Origin: Gemmatimonadota bacterium
GTDB taxonomy: Bacteria; Gemmatimonadota; Gemmatimonadetes; Palauibacterales; Palauibacteraceae
DNA length: 64,000 nucleotides
Direction: 5' to 3'
Assembly: GCA_965116475.1 (NCBI GenBank)
Contig: OZ220691.1
Coordinates: 2,560,001-2,624,000 of the forward strand
Shown here: piece by piece, positions 1-8,169 of the stretch
Position numbering within the stretch: position 1 is the first letter of the stretch
Layout: every line of letters starts with the position of its first letter
Notes under the pieces: generated by a model
Seen by the model: the letters and a program-made list of their open reading frames with translations, nothing else
The model's database searches: none
What the model was told of the DNA's origin: nothing
Translations under genes and position numbers: made by a program

Positions 1-679
1 TCTGCTCGAGCGCTGGGGGACGCGGGCCGCCGTCACGACCGAGCAGGGCGTCGAGTTGTCGCTGGGCGATCACGCGGAACTCGACGAAGACTTCTATCTC
101 GGCACGACCTCCGTGCAGGCGGCGGACGCCGAGGGCTGGGTCGTCTCCATCACGCCCTCCGGCGGCTGGATCCCCGCCGTCGTCGCCGGGGAGACGGGCA
201 TCGGGCTCTCGCAGCGGGCCCAGAGCTTCGTGCTGGACGAGGCGGACAACCCGTACAACGTGATCGAGCCCGGCAAGCGGCCCCGCGCCACGCTCACGCC
301 GGGCATGGCGCTCAAGGACGGCCGTCCCTTCCTCTCCTTCGCGGTCCAGGGCGGCGACGGACAGGATCAGAATCTGCTCCAGTTCTTCCTCAACGTGGTC
401 GAGTGGGACATGAACGTGCAGCAGGCGGTCGAGGCGCCGAACATGAACAGCTATCAGATGCGCGGCTCGTTCGGCCAGCATGAGACGCGCCCGGGACGGA
501 TGCTCCTGCAGGATGCGACGCCGCCCTGGATCCGCTCCGCCCTGGAGTCGATGGGATACGAACTGACGTTCTCGGAGCGCACGTCAGGGCCGATCAACGC
601 GATCTTCTTCGACTGGGAGAACGACGCCTTCTGGGGTGGCTCGAGCCACCACGGCGACGACTACGGCATCGCGTGGTGA
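1..679 (+). CDS. ggt: Gamma-glutamyltransferase family protein, C-terminal part (5' end outside window)
   Basis: Small-subunit N-terminal nucleophile context GTTSVQAAD, plus PGKRPRATLTP and QGGDGQDQ motifs typical of GGT; stop TGA at 677-679. Confidence 0.85.
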   Translation, partial: LLERWGTRAAVTTEQGVELSLGDHAELDEDFYLGTTSVQAADAEGWVVSITPSGGWIPAVVAGETGIGLSQRAQSFVLDEADNPYNVIEPGKRPRATLTPGMALKDGRPFLSFAVQGGDGQDQNLLQFFLNVVEWDMNVQQAVEAPNMNSYQMRGSFGQHETRPGRMLLQDATPPWIRSALESMGYELTFSERTSGPINAIFFDWENDAFWGGSSHHGDDYGIAW

Positions 680-718
680 CCGCGCCCCGGTGCGGTTGAC
701 AGCGCTCTGTTCGCCGCT

Positions 719-2515
719 CTATTCGCCGCGCTCCATCACGTCGAACAGATCGTAGCGCCCCGGTGAACGGGTCCGGCCGCCCCGGCGGTCGGATCCGTCG
801 CGCGGGCCGTCCGCGTCCCCTTCGGCGGGCCGGAGTTCGGCGGGGTCCGCGGGACGCTGCAGGTGCCAGTCGGTCGCGCGCTGGTACGCCGCGATGACGG
901 CGAGCAGGTGGTGCTCCGCGTAGGGTTCCGCGCCGAACATGCCTCCGATGGGCCTCGGGTACCCCGTCGACCCGGTCTCGAACCCGATCGGGAAGCCGAT
1001 GAGCGGCAGCCCCACCATGTCGAAGGGGAAGGGCGCGGTCTGCGTCACGAGGTCGCAGCGGCCGAACACTTCGTCGAGGATTTCCTCCAGGAGGACGAGC
1101 CGGGCCCGCGAGCCCCGCACGTACTCCGCCGCGGGCAGGAGGAGGCCATTGATCCAGGGCGCGAGCGAGACGCCGAACTTCCTCACGTCATCCCGCAGGT
1201 GTTCGAGGAAAATCTCGGAGCGCTCCGGGAGCCGCACGTTGTTGAAGTTGAAGCTCGTCAGCGTCTCCCAGTGGGTCGGGAAGTCGAGTTCGACGACCTC
1301 CGCTCCCAGCTCCTCGAGGGTCGCGAGCATCCGCCGCCGCGCCTCCGCCGTCGCCACCTCGCGGCGGTACGCCGCCTGCGTCCGCTCGCGCCGCGGGAAC
1401 GAACTCCCGATGCGGTCGACGTCGGGGTCCGGCTCGGGCGCGGTGTCCTCCGGGGGCTCGGGCTCGTCCAGAAAGCCGGGCAGGACGCCGATCCGGACCG
1501 CTCCCCCGCGCTCCGGATGCGTGAGCGCGCCGTCGGCCTCGCGCACCGCCGCCAGGTAATCCGGCACCGGCGGGAGGCCGAGGGATCGGGGGTCCGCGGG
1601 GTCCGGCCCCGCCATGATCTGCAGCATCAGCGCGGCGTCGACCGCGTCCCTGGCCAGGGGGCCGGGGTGATCGCGGGTATAGGTGAGAGGCAGGATCCCG
1701 TGCAGCGAGACCCGGCCCATCGTCGGCTTGATGCCCGTCAGGGCCTGCGCGTTCGAGGGGTTCGTGATCGAGCCGCCCGTCTGCGTCCCGGTGCTCGAAG
1801 CGGCCATGCGCGCCGCGACCGCCGTCGCCGATCCGCTCGAGGATCCGCCCGGGCTCACGTCGTCGTGGTGCGGGGCCCAGGCGTTGACGGTCGTGCGCTC
1901 ACCCGTGGGCGTCGACGCGGCGGTCGTCGCCAGCGGCCCCATCTGGGTCTTGCCGAGCAGGATCGCGCCCGCGTCGCGCAGCCGGGCCCACGAGGTCGCG
2001 TCGAAGTCCGGCACGAAATCCTCGAAGATGAACGAGTTGGCCGTCGTGCGGACCCCGGCCGTGAAGTAGTTGTCCTTGATCGCGAGCGGCACCCCCGTCA
2101 GCGGCGCCCGCCCGCGCGTCCGGTCGGCGATCCGCGCCGCCTCGAGCGCGGTCCGGGGAACCACCGTGTTGAACGCGTGGTAGCGGGGTTCCCACCGCCC
2201 GATCCGCGCGAGATACGCTTCCACGAGTTCGACCGCGCCCACGTCGCCCTCCCGAAGCAGCCGCGCCGCCTCCGCGAGCGTGAGTTCGGTCAGGTCCGCA
2301 GGTTGCGGACGGCCCGCCGGCGGAAGGTCCGGTTCGCCGCGGCGTCCGGCCGCGGCACGCCCGCCCGCTCCGGTCGCCCCGGTCGCCCGCGGGAATCGCG
2401 TCGCGGCCCCGGCCGCCGCCCCGGGGATCGCGGCCAGCGTCGCGGGGGTCGCCACGGCGGTCGCGGTCAGCGCCGTCATGCGCTCGAGGAAGCGGCGCCG
2501 GTTCACCTTACCCAC
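719..2515 (-). CDS. Amidase-signature family enzyme (GatA/AtzE-like) with twin-arginine (Tat) leader
   Basis: AIKDN (catalytic Lys), PGGSSSGS and TQTGGSI motifs; N-terminal NRRRFL followed by an Ala/Thr-rich hydrophobic stretch. Confidence 0.85.
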   Translation of the reverse strand: MGKVNRRRFLERMTALTATAVATPATLAAIPGAAAGAATRFPRATGATGAGGRAAAGRRGEPDLPPAGRPQPADLTELTLAEAARLLREGDVGAVELVEAYLARIGRWEPRYHAFNTVVPRTALEAARIADRTRGRAPLTGVPLAIKDNYFTAGVRTTANSFIFEDFVPDFDATSWARLRDAGAILLGKTQMGPLATTAASTPTGERTTVNAWAPHHDDVSPGGSSSGSATAVAARMAASSTGTQTGGSITNPSNAQALTGIKPTMGRVSLHGILPLTYTRDHPGPLARDAVDAALMLQIMAGPDPADPRSLGLPPVPDYLAAVREADGALTHPERGGAVRIGVLPGFLDEPEPPEDTAPEPDPDVDRIGSSFPRRERTQAAYRREVATAEARRRMLATLEELGAEVVELDFPTHWETLTSFNFNNVRLPERSEIFLEHLRDDVRKFGVSLAPWINGLLLPAAEYVRGSRARLVLLEEILDEVFGRCDLVTQTAPFPFDMVGLPLIGFPIGFETGSTGYPRPIGGMFGAEPYAEHHLLAVIAAYQRATDWHLQRPADPAELRPAEGDADGPRDGSDRRGGRTRSPGRYDLFDVMERGE

Positions 2516-2792
2516 GGTTCCACGCGCTCACTTCGGCCGGGTAGATGGCGGGCGCCGGCCCCATCGGGTCCAACTCGAAGTCGGCGATCGCCCCGGGCGT
2601 CGACCTCAGGAAGCGCCGCGCGGACGCCATGATGCGGCGCTGGTCCGCCGGCGCATCCTCGTCGTCCTCGGGGAGCACGGAGAGATCGACGCCCGCGAGC
2701 GCGAGGCGCGTGCGGATGTACGCGTCGAGTTGCTCGTCCGTCACCTCCTGCGACGACGCGACGGGACGCGGCGGAGCGGATCGGCGGACCAT
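2508..2792 (-). CDS. 94-aa acidic protein, possible GatC/AtzG-like amidase partner
   Basis: ATG at 2792 with GGAGG 5 nt upstream; helical VTDEQLDAYIRTRLALAGVDL segment; its stop overlaps the amidase start region. Confidence 0.6.
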   Translation of the reverse strand: MVRRSAPPRPVASSQEVTDEQLDAYIRTRLALAGVDLSVLPEDDEDAPADQRRIMASARRFLRSTPGAIADFELDPMGPAPAIYPAEVSAWNRG

Positions 2793-2883
2793 GGCGCCTC
2801 CGTTGGGAAGATGTTCGGAAGCATCATGATGCCGGGGATCGTCGCGCGCCACGGGGTCGTCCGTTTCCGCACGCTGGCGGGGT

Positions 2884-2912
2884 TTGCCGCGAACCGCAGG
2901 CTGCGCTAACGT
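2884..2912 (+). promoter_or_regulatory. Sigma70-type promoter for the putative 6S RNA
   Basis: TTGCCG (2884-2889), 17-nt spacer, TAACGT (2907-2912), about 10 nt before the RNA closing stem. Confidence 0.6.
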
Positions 2913-2921
2913 TCCCGGAGA

Positions 2922-3066
2922 CGGATGCAAGGCACATTTCTTGAGCCAACAATTGCCCATAGAGTCTCCGATCCGGAGGCGGACGTCATGCCCTGCGGGG
3001 ACGGCGAAAACCGATGGGAGGGGCCGAACCGTGTTGCGGAGGGCTTCAAGAAATCCCCTGCATCCG
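2922..3066 (+). ncRNA. ssrS: Probable 6S RNA
   Basis: CGGATGCA pairs with TGCATCCG; ATTTCTTGAGCC pairs with GGCTTCAAGAAAT; asymmetric central bubble (AACAATTG opposite a purine-rich strand) closed by CCCAT/ATGGG; TGAGCC and TTCAAG motifs resemble 6S RNA; flanked by promoter and terminator. Confidence 0.7.
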
Positions 3067-3075
3067 ATTCTACAG

Positions 3076-3103
3076 AGGGGGTGACCCACGGGTCGCCCCT
3101 TTT
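3076..3103 (+). terminator. Intrinsic terminator after the putative 6S RNA
   Basis: GGGGTGACCC-AC-GGGTCGCCCC hairpin followed by TTTT. Confidence 0.65.
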
Positions 3104-3160
3104 GCATCCCGGGCGGGGCGCGGCGGCGCGGGACAGGAGGGGACGGCATGGGACGGTGGC

Positions 3161-3901
3161 GTGTTTCTCGAACTGGCTGAAGTCCTCGACTGTCCCGACT
3201 GCGGGGCGTCGGCCGGGCTCGTCGCCTTCGTCGACCGGGCGGAGTCGCGTCGCGTCGTCGAGGGGTGGCTGGGCTGCCCCCTGTGCGAGATCGAGGTGCC
3301 CATCCGCGGGGGGGCGATGCGCTTCGATCTCTCCGAGGCCGGGCGACCCGAAGCCGGGCAACCCGAGGCCGGGAAACCCGAGGCGGGGCACCGCGCCGGC
3401 CCGGGCGCCGCGACGCCGGTCGAGGGCACGGCGGCTTCGGCCGGGCTCGCCCGGGAATCCGGTCCGGACGCGGCGCTGCGCATCGCCGCCCTGCTGGGCG
3501 TGAGCGACCGGGCCGGCATGGCGGTGCTCCTGGGCCCGCGGCTCGCCGCGCATGCCCCCGCCATCGCCCGGCTCGGAGATCGCGTCGAGGTCCTCGCCTG
3601 GCTGTCGGACCCCGGCGGCGGTCCCCCTCCCGCCGCCATGGCCATCGAGGATCTCGCCGGGGGCGTCGATCCGCTCCTGGGCGCCTCGCCCGACCGCTGG
3701 CCGGTCCGCTCCGGCGCACTGCACGGCATCGCGCTCGCCGCGCCCATGGCGCTCCGACTGTCCGAGGTCACCCGCTGCGCGCGGCCCGGCGCGCGCCTCG
3801 TCGTCGAGGCGCCGACCCCTCCCGAGCTCGAATCGCTCGCCGCGTCCGAGTTCGCGGAAGTCGCCTCCGACCGCACCGTGTGGGTCGGGGAACGTCGTTA
3901 A
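3161..3901 (+). CDS. Hypothetical protein: Trm112-like Cys knuckle plus degenerate methyltransferase-like C-terminus
   Basis: GTG start; LAEVLDCPDC...EGWLGCPLCEIEVPIRGG matches the Trm112 pattern; C-terminal WPVRSGALHG...RCARPGARLVV resembles class I MTase strands. Confidence 0.55.
   Translation: MFLELAEVLDCPDCGASAGLVAFVDRAESRRVVEGWLGCPLCEIEVPIRGGAMRFDLSEAGRPEAGQPEAGKPEAGHRAGPGAATPVEGTAASAGLARESGPDAALRIAALLGVSDRAGMAVLLGPRLAAHAPAIARLGDRVEVLAWLSDPGGGPPPAAMAIEDLAGGVDPLLGASPDRWPVRSGALHGIALAAPMALRLSEVTRCARPGARLVVEAPTPPELESLAASEFAEVASDRTVWVGERR
3333..3392 (+). repeat. In-frame 15-nt tandem repeat x4 (EAGRP/EAGQP/EAGKP)
   Basis: Units CCGAGGCCGGGCGAC, CCGAAGCCGGGCAAC, CCGAGGCCGGGAAAC, CCGAGGCGGGGCACC. 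Confidence 0.85.
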
Positions 3902-3915
3902 GCGTAGCCGGAAAT

Positions 3916-3943
3916 TTGCCACAGCCTGACGAAACGCTATAAT
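3916..3943 (+). promoter_or_regulatory. Near-consensus sigma70 promoter upstream of TPR-fadD-cutA
   Basis: TTGCCA, 16-nt spacer, TATAAT in an AT-richer intergenic stretch. Confidence 0.7.
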
Positions 3944-4027
3944 TCTCCGTTGTCGCCAGATGTGTGGGGCTGTGTGGAATGTGGTTGAGTGAGATGTACG
4001 GTCCAGCTCGCTCGGGGGGAGGGTGGC

Positions 4028-4462
4028 ATGGTGTGGTGGAAGATCTGGGACAGTGACGGAAGGCGCCGACGGAAGCAGCCGGACTTCTACGAGGAAGGTG
4101 TGGAGTTGGTTCGGCAGGAACTTTACCATGAGGCGCTCATCTCGTTTCGTCTCTGCTTGAAGTACAACCCGCGGCATCCGGCCACGCTGGAACAGATGGC
4201 CGTGGTGTACACGCACATTGGACTCACCGATGATGCGGTTCGCGCCTACGGGGCCGCGCTCGAGGAGCGGCCGCGCAGCACGGCGGCGCACTACGGCTTG
4301 GCTTTTCTCCTGTTGAAGAAAGGCGCCGAGCGGGACGCCTCGCGGCACCTTCAGGAATTCCTGGCCTATGCGCGGGGAGACCGGGAAGAGCCGCGGCATC
4401 TCGAGCACGCACGCCGCACCCTGCAGCGGCTGGGGGTGCCGGCGGAATCGGTCGCGCACTAG
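4028..4462 (+). CDS. Tetratricopeptide repeat protein
   Basis: ATG after GGAGGG; TPR-like helices (YEEGVELVRQELYHEALISFRLCLKYNP; AVRAYGAALEERPRSTAAHYGLA). Confidence 0.8.
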   Translation: MVWWKIWDSDGRRRRKQPDFYEEGVELVRQELYHEALISFRLCLKYNPRHPATLEQMAVVYTHIGLTDDAVRAYGAALEERPRSTAAHYGLAFLLLKKGAERDASRHLQEFLAYARGDREEPRHLEHARRTLQRLGVPAESVAH

Positions 4463-4480
4463 CGGCCGCGCAGCTGCAGC

Positions 4481-6352
4481 GTGCACGTCTCGAGCCCGCT
4501 CCCGGAAGACTATCGTTCCGGCACATTACCCGACCTCTTCCTCGACGGGCTCTCGCGGCCCAGAGCTGACGCCGCGCGAACGCGGGGAGCAGACGGCGCC
4601 TGGGTCTCGACCTCCACGGATGACATCGGGCGCCGCGCCCGCGCCATCGCGCTCGGGCTCCGAACGCGAGGCTTCGAGGTGGGCGACCGCATCGCGATCC
4701 TCTCGCAGACCCGCCTCGAGTGGGCCCTGGCCGACTGGGGCATCGTCATGGCGGGGCTCACCTCCGTCCCCGTCTACCCGGTGCTTCCCGCCGACCAGGT
4801 TCGCTACATCCTCGCGGACTCCGGCGCGCGCGCCGTGTTCGTGGAAGACCAGGAGCAGCTGGACAAGGTCGCGGAGGTAAAGGACGACCTGCCCGCGCTG
4901 GAACTGGCCATCGCCTTCGCGCCCGTACGGGCGCCCGACGGATCCTCGCTCGCGACGCTGCAGTTGGACGCCCTCTCCGATCTCGGCGAGTCCGCGCCCG
5001 AAGCGCTCGCGTCGACGTACGAGGCGCACGCCCGGAAGACGCGTCCGGAAGACCTGGCGACGCTCATCTACACCTCGGGCACGACCGGCGACCCGAAGGG
5101 CGTGATGCTCACGCACGGCAACTTCCATTCGAACGCGGACATGGCGCTGCGGGTCTTCCCGATCGACTCCACGCACGTGGCCCTCGCGCTCCTGCCCCTC
5201 GCGCACGTGTTCGAGCGCACGGTCGGCCATTACATCATGTGGCGAGCGGGGGTGACCGTTGCCTACGCGGAGTCCCCCAACACGGTGGCCCGCGATCTAG
5301 GCGAAGTGTCGCCCACCTTCATGGCCGCCGTCCCGCGCGTGTTCGAGAAGGTGCTCGAGCGGGCCGAAGCCAGCGCCCGGGAGGCGGGCGGTGCCAAGCA
5401 GAAGATCTTCGACTGGGCGCGGCGTGTCGGGGAGACGCGTGCGATGGCCGAACTCGAGGGACGTCGGGTGGGGCCGGGTCTCCGCCTTCAGGCCGGGCTC
5501 GCCGACCGCCTCGTGTTCTCGAAGCTGCGCGCCCGGACGGGAGGACAGGTCCGCTACTTCGTGAGCGGCGGGGCCCCGCTCGCGCCCGCCATCGCCCGCT
5601 TCTTCTTCGCGGCGCGCCTGCCCATCGTCGAAGGGTACGGGCTCACGGAGACCTCGCCCGCCGTCAGCTTCAATCCGATCGACGCCATCCGCCTCGGCAC
5701 GGTCGGGAAGCCGATCCCCGGCACCGAGATCCGGATCGCCGAGGACGGCGAGATCGTGATCCGCGGGCCGCAGATCATGGCGGGCTACTACAACAAGCCC
5801 GAGGCGACGGCCGAAGCCATCGACGACGACGGCTGGTTCCATACCGGCGATGTGGGCGAGATCGACGAGGACGGGTATCTCCGAATCACGGACCGCAAGA
5901 AGGATCTCATCATCACCGCCTACGGCAAGAACATCGCCCCGCAGCCCGTCGAGGCGGAGATCAAGCGGCACCCGATGGTGGCGGAAGCCGTGATGCTGGG
6001 TGACGGGAGAAAGTTCCCGATCGTCATCGTCGTGCCGGAATTCGAAGCCGTCCGCCCGGAACTGCACGGGGTCGAGGAAGCGGCGGACGCCGATCTCGTC
6101 GCCGACGCCCGGACGCGCGCCATGATCGAAGGGGCCGTGCGCGAACGCTGCCGGGACTTCGCGCACTACGAGAGGCCGCGCGACGTGCTCCTCGTCCCCG
6201 GGCCGTTCACCGTCGAGGGCGGGGAGTTGACGCCGACGCTGAAGGTCAAGCGCCGCGTGATCGAAGCCCGCTTCGCCGACGCGATCGAAGCGCTCTACGA
6301 GCGGGCCGAGGACGCCATGAGCGGACGGGAAAAAGAGCGGGACCGCCCGTGA
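4481..6352 (+). CDS. fadD: Long-chain fatty acid--CoA ligase (AMP-binding)
   Basis: YTSGTTGDPKG P-loop, EGYGLTET, GWFHTGDVG and ITDRKKD motifs. Confidence 0.9.
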   Translation: MHVSSPLPEDYRSGTLPDLFLDGLSRPRADAARTRGADGAWVSTSTDDIGRRARAIALGLRTRGFEVGDRIAILSQTRLEWALADWGIVMAGLTSVPVYPVLPADQVRYILADSGARAVFVEDQEQLDKVAEVKDDLPALELAIAFAPVRAPDGSSLATLQLDALSDLGESAPEALASTYEAHARKTRPEDLATLIYTSGTTGDPKGVMLTHGNFHSNADMALRVFPIDSTHVALALLPLAHVFERTVGHYIMWRAGVTVAYAESPNTVARDLGEVSPTFMAAVPRVFEKVLERAEASAREAGGAKQKIFDWARRVGETRAMAELEGRRVGPGLRLQAGLADRLVFSKLRARTGGQVRYFVSGGAPLAPAIARFFFAARLPIVEGYGLTETSPAVSFNPIDAIRLGTVGKPIPGTEIRIAEDGEIVIRGPQIMAGYYNKPEATAEAIDDDGWFHTGDVGEIDEDGYLRITDRKKDLIITAYGKNIAPQPVEAEIKRHPMVAEAVMLGDGRKFPIVIVVPEFEAVRPELHGVEEAADADLVADARTRAMIEGAVRERCRDFAHYERPRDVLLVPGPFTVEGGELTPTLKVKRRVIEARFADAIEALYERAEDAMSGREKERDRP

Positions 6353-6669
6353 GCGACGTCGTGGCCGGGCTCGTCACGGGGCCCGACCGCGAACAACTCG
6401 TGCGGCTGGGACGGACCCTCGTCGAAGAACGGCTCATCGCCTGTCTGAACGTCGTGGACCGGGTGGCCTCCGTCTATCGCTGGGAGGGCGAGGTGTGCGA
6501 GGACGCGGAGGCGCTCGGCATCCTCAAGACGACGGCCGCCCGCACCGATGCCGTCGCGCGGCGCATCCGCGACCTCCACCCCTACGATGTCCCGGAGGTC
6601 CTCTTCATCCCCGTGGCCGCCGGTTCCGCCCCCTACCTGGACTGGGTCTCCGGCCAGGTGAGCGCATAG
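6349..6669 (+). CDS. cutA: Divalent-cation tolerance protein CutA
   Basis: LVEERLIACLN, SVYRWEG, HPYDVPE, YLDWV; GTGA overlap with fadD. Confidence 0.92.
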   Translation: MSDVVAGLVTGPDREQLVRLGRTLVEERLIACLNVVDRVASVYRWEGEVCEDAEALGILKTTAARTDAVARRIRDLHPYDVPEVLFIPVAAGSAPYLDWVSGQVSA

Positions 6670-6681
6670 CGCCGTCGCGGC

Positions 6682-7467
6682 TCAGCCGCCCCCGTCGTTC
6701 TCCGCGCGGTACCAGAACCAGAAGATGACGCCCGCCGCCGTCCACAGGATCGTGCCTCCTCCGATCCGCATGATCAGTCCCGCGAGCCGCTGGTCTTCCC
6801 CCGCGGAGAGCGTGCCCACCGGCGGCGCGAGTTCGTACGTCGCGTAGAAGGGGAGTTCCGCGAACGTCAGGAAGACGTACGGCAGCGTCATCAGCACGGT
6901 GCTCGCGATCAGATAGCAGATCCGCACGCCGAGCGGAAAGCGCGGCCGGTGCGGGACCGGACTCACGACCGGCCACCAGAAAACGAGTCCGCCGCATAAC
7001 CAAGCCATGTCGAGGACGAGCGAGCCCGCCTGCGAGGCCATGAGACCGTCCACGACCTCCGGCCAGTGCGTCGCGATGACGATCGCGTTGAAGAAGAGCA
7101 GCGCGATGAGAGGTCGCGCGAGGAAGCCGAGGAGGGAGAGGACCCGGCCGACGCGGACTCGCTCAAGCGCCGCGCGCGGAAGTCCCGCGATGAGGAGCGG
7201 CGGGGCCAGCAGCGCGATGAGGAGAAACTGCACCATGTGCACCGACGCCAGGTATCCCGAACCCAGCGCACCCACCGGCCAGTCCAGCGCGACCCAGAGT
7301 ATGAGCACGCCGCCCGCGAAGCGCACGACCTCGAGTCGCGATGGCGCGGCGCCCCGCGTGATTGCGCAGTAGGCGAGGCAGAGGAGCGCGACGAAGAGCC
7401 AGACGCCCGGGTAGGGGCGCCACGACCAGTCCCAGGGGATGTCCTGGGCCGCACACCACCATTGCAT
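6682..7467 (-). CDS. ctaG: Cytochrome c oxidase assembly factor, caa3-type CtaG family
   Basis: Multi-TM protein; SVHMVQFLL, FWWPV and DQRLAGLIM motifs. Confidence 0.8.
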   Translation of the reverse strand: MQWWCAAQDIPWDWSWRPYPGVWLFVALLCLAYCAITRGAAPSRLEVVRFAGGVLILWVALDWPVGALGSGYLASVHMVQFLLIALLAPPLLIAGLPRAALERVRVGRVLSLLGFLARPLIALLFFNAIVIATHWPEVVDGLMASQAGSLVLDMAWLCGGLVFWWPVVSPVPHRPRFPLGVRICYLIASTVLMTLPYVFLTFAELPFYATYELAPPVGTLSAGEDQRLAGLIMRIGGGTILWTAAGVIFWFWYRAENDGGG

Positions 7468-7476
7468 CGCGTGGCC

Positions 7477-8169
7477 TCAGCCGCCGCTCGTACCCGCTTC
7501 GCCCCCCGGGCTCGACACGGACCGGTTGAGACGCAGGAGCAGCGGAAGATCGTGCCGCCAGTCGGTCTGGCGCACGCCGCTCGGGTACAGCGCCCGCGCC
7601 ACGCCGTCGCCCGTGACGGCGACGACCGGCGTCGCGTGTCCCACGAAATACGGCTCTCCCGCGCCCGGCGGGGGGGACGCCCCTTCGATGCGCGCGGGCG
7701 GAAGGCGGAATCCGGCCTGGATCTCGTTCACCGTCTCCAACTCCCCGCGGAGGCCGACGAAGGACTCGTCGAAAAGGTCCAGCCAGCTCCGCAGCCGGTC
7801 CGGCGTGTCGCGCGAAGGATCCGTCGTCACGAAGACGACGTGGATCTCGCGGCGATCCGCGTACGGAAGATCGTCGAGCGCCGCCCCGAGCACCGCCATC
7901 TGCACGGGACAGATGTCCGGGCAGTTCGTATATCCGAAGAAGAGCAGCGTGAGCGCCCCCGCGGTCTCCCGCCGGAAGTCGAACCGGCGCCCGCGGGAAT
8001 CCGCCAGGGCGAATTCCGGCGCCTCGAACGGCTGGTCGAGCGCCAGCCCGCGCAGCTCGCCCGTGCCCTCCGTGCGGTCGATCGCCGCGTCCGGGGAGGC
8101 GCAGGCGACCCCGGCAAGACCGGCGCCGCACGCGACCGCGACGGCGGCGGCGACGCGCCCCGTCCTCAT
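7477..8169 (-). CDS. SCO1/SenC family copper chaperone (lipoprotein-like)
   Basis: FFGYTNCPDICP motif, TTDPSRDTP and conserved His (VGHAT); ATG at 8169 overlaps the upstream stop. Confidence 0.9.
   Translation of the reverse strand: MRTGRVAAAVAVACGAGLAGVACASPDAAIDRTEGTGELRGLALDQPFEAPEFALADSRGRRFDFRRETAGALTLLFFGYTNCPDICPVQMAVLGAALDDLPYADRREIHVVFVTTDPSRDTPDRLRSWLDLFDESFVGLRGELETVNEIQAGFRLPPARIEGASPPPGAGEPYFVGHATPVVAVTGDGVARALYPSGVRQTDWRHDLPLLLRLNRSVSSPGGEAGTSGG

Noticed and set aside
719..2515. Housekeeping gatA
   Set aside because: Tat-like leader, altered DTGGSIR motif, shortened C-terminal region and no gatB nearby.
2925..3160. ORF starts at 2925 and 3014
   Set aside because: They lie within the 6S-like RNA and its terminator; the Trm112-like protein fits a start at 3161.
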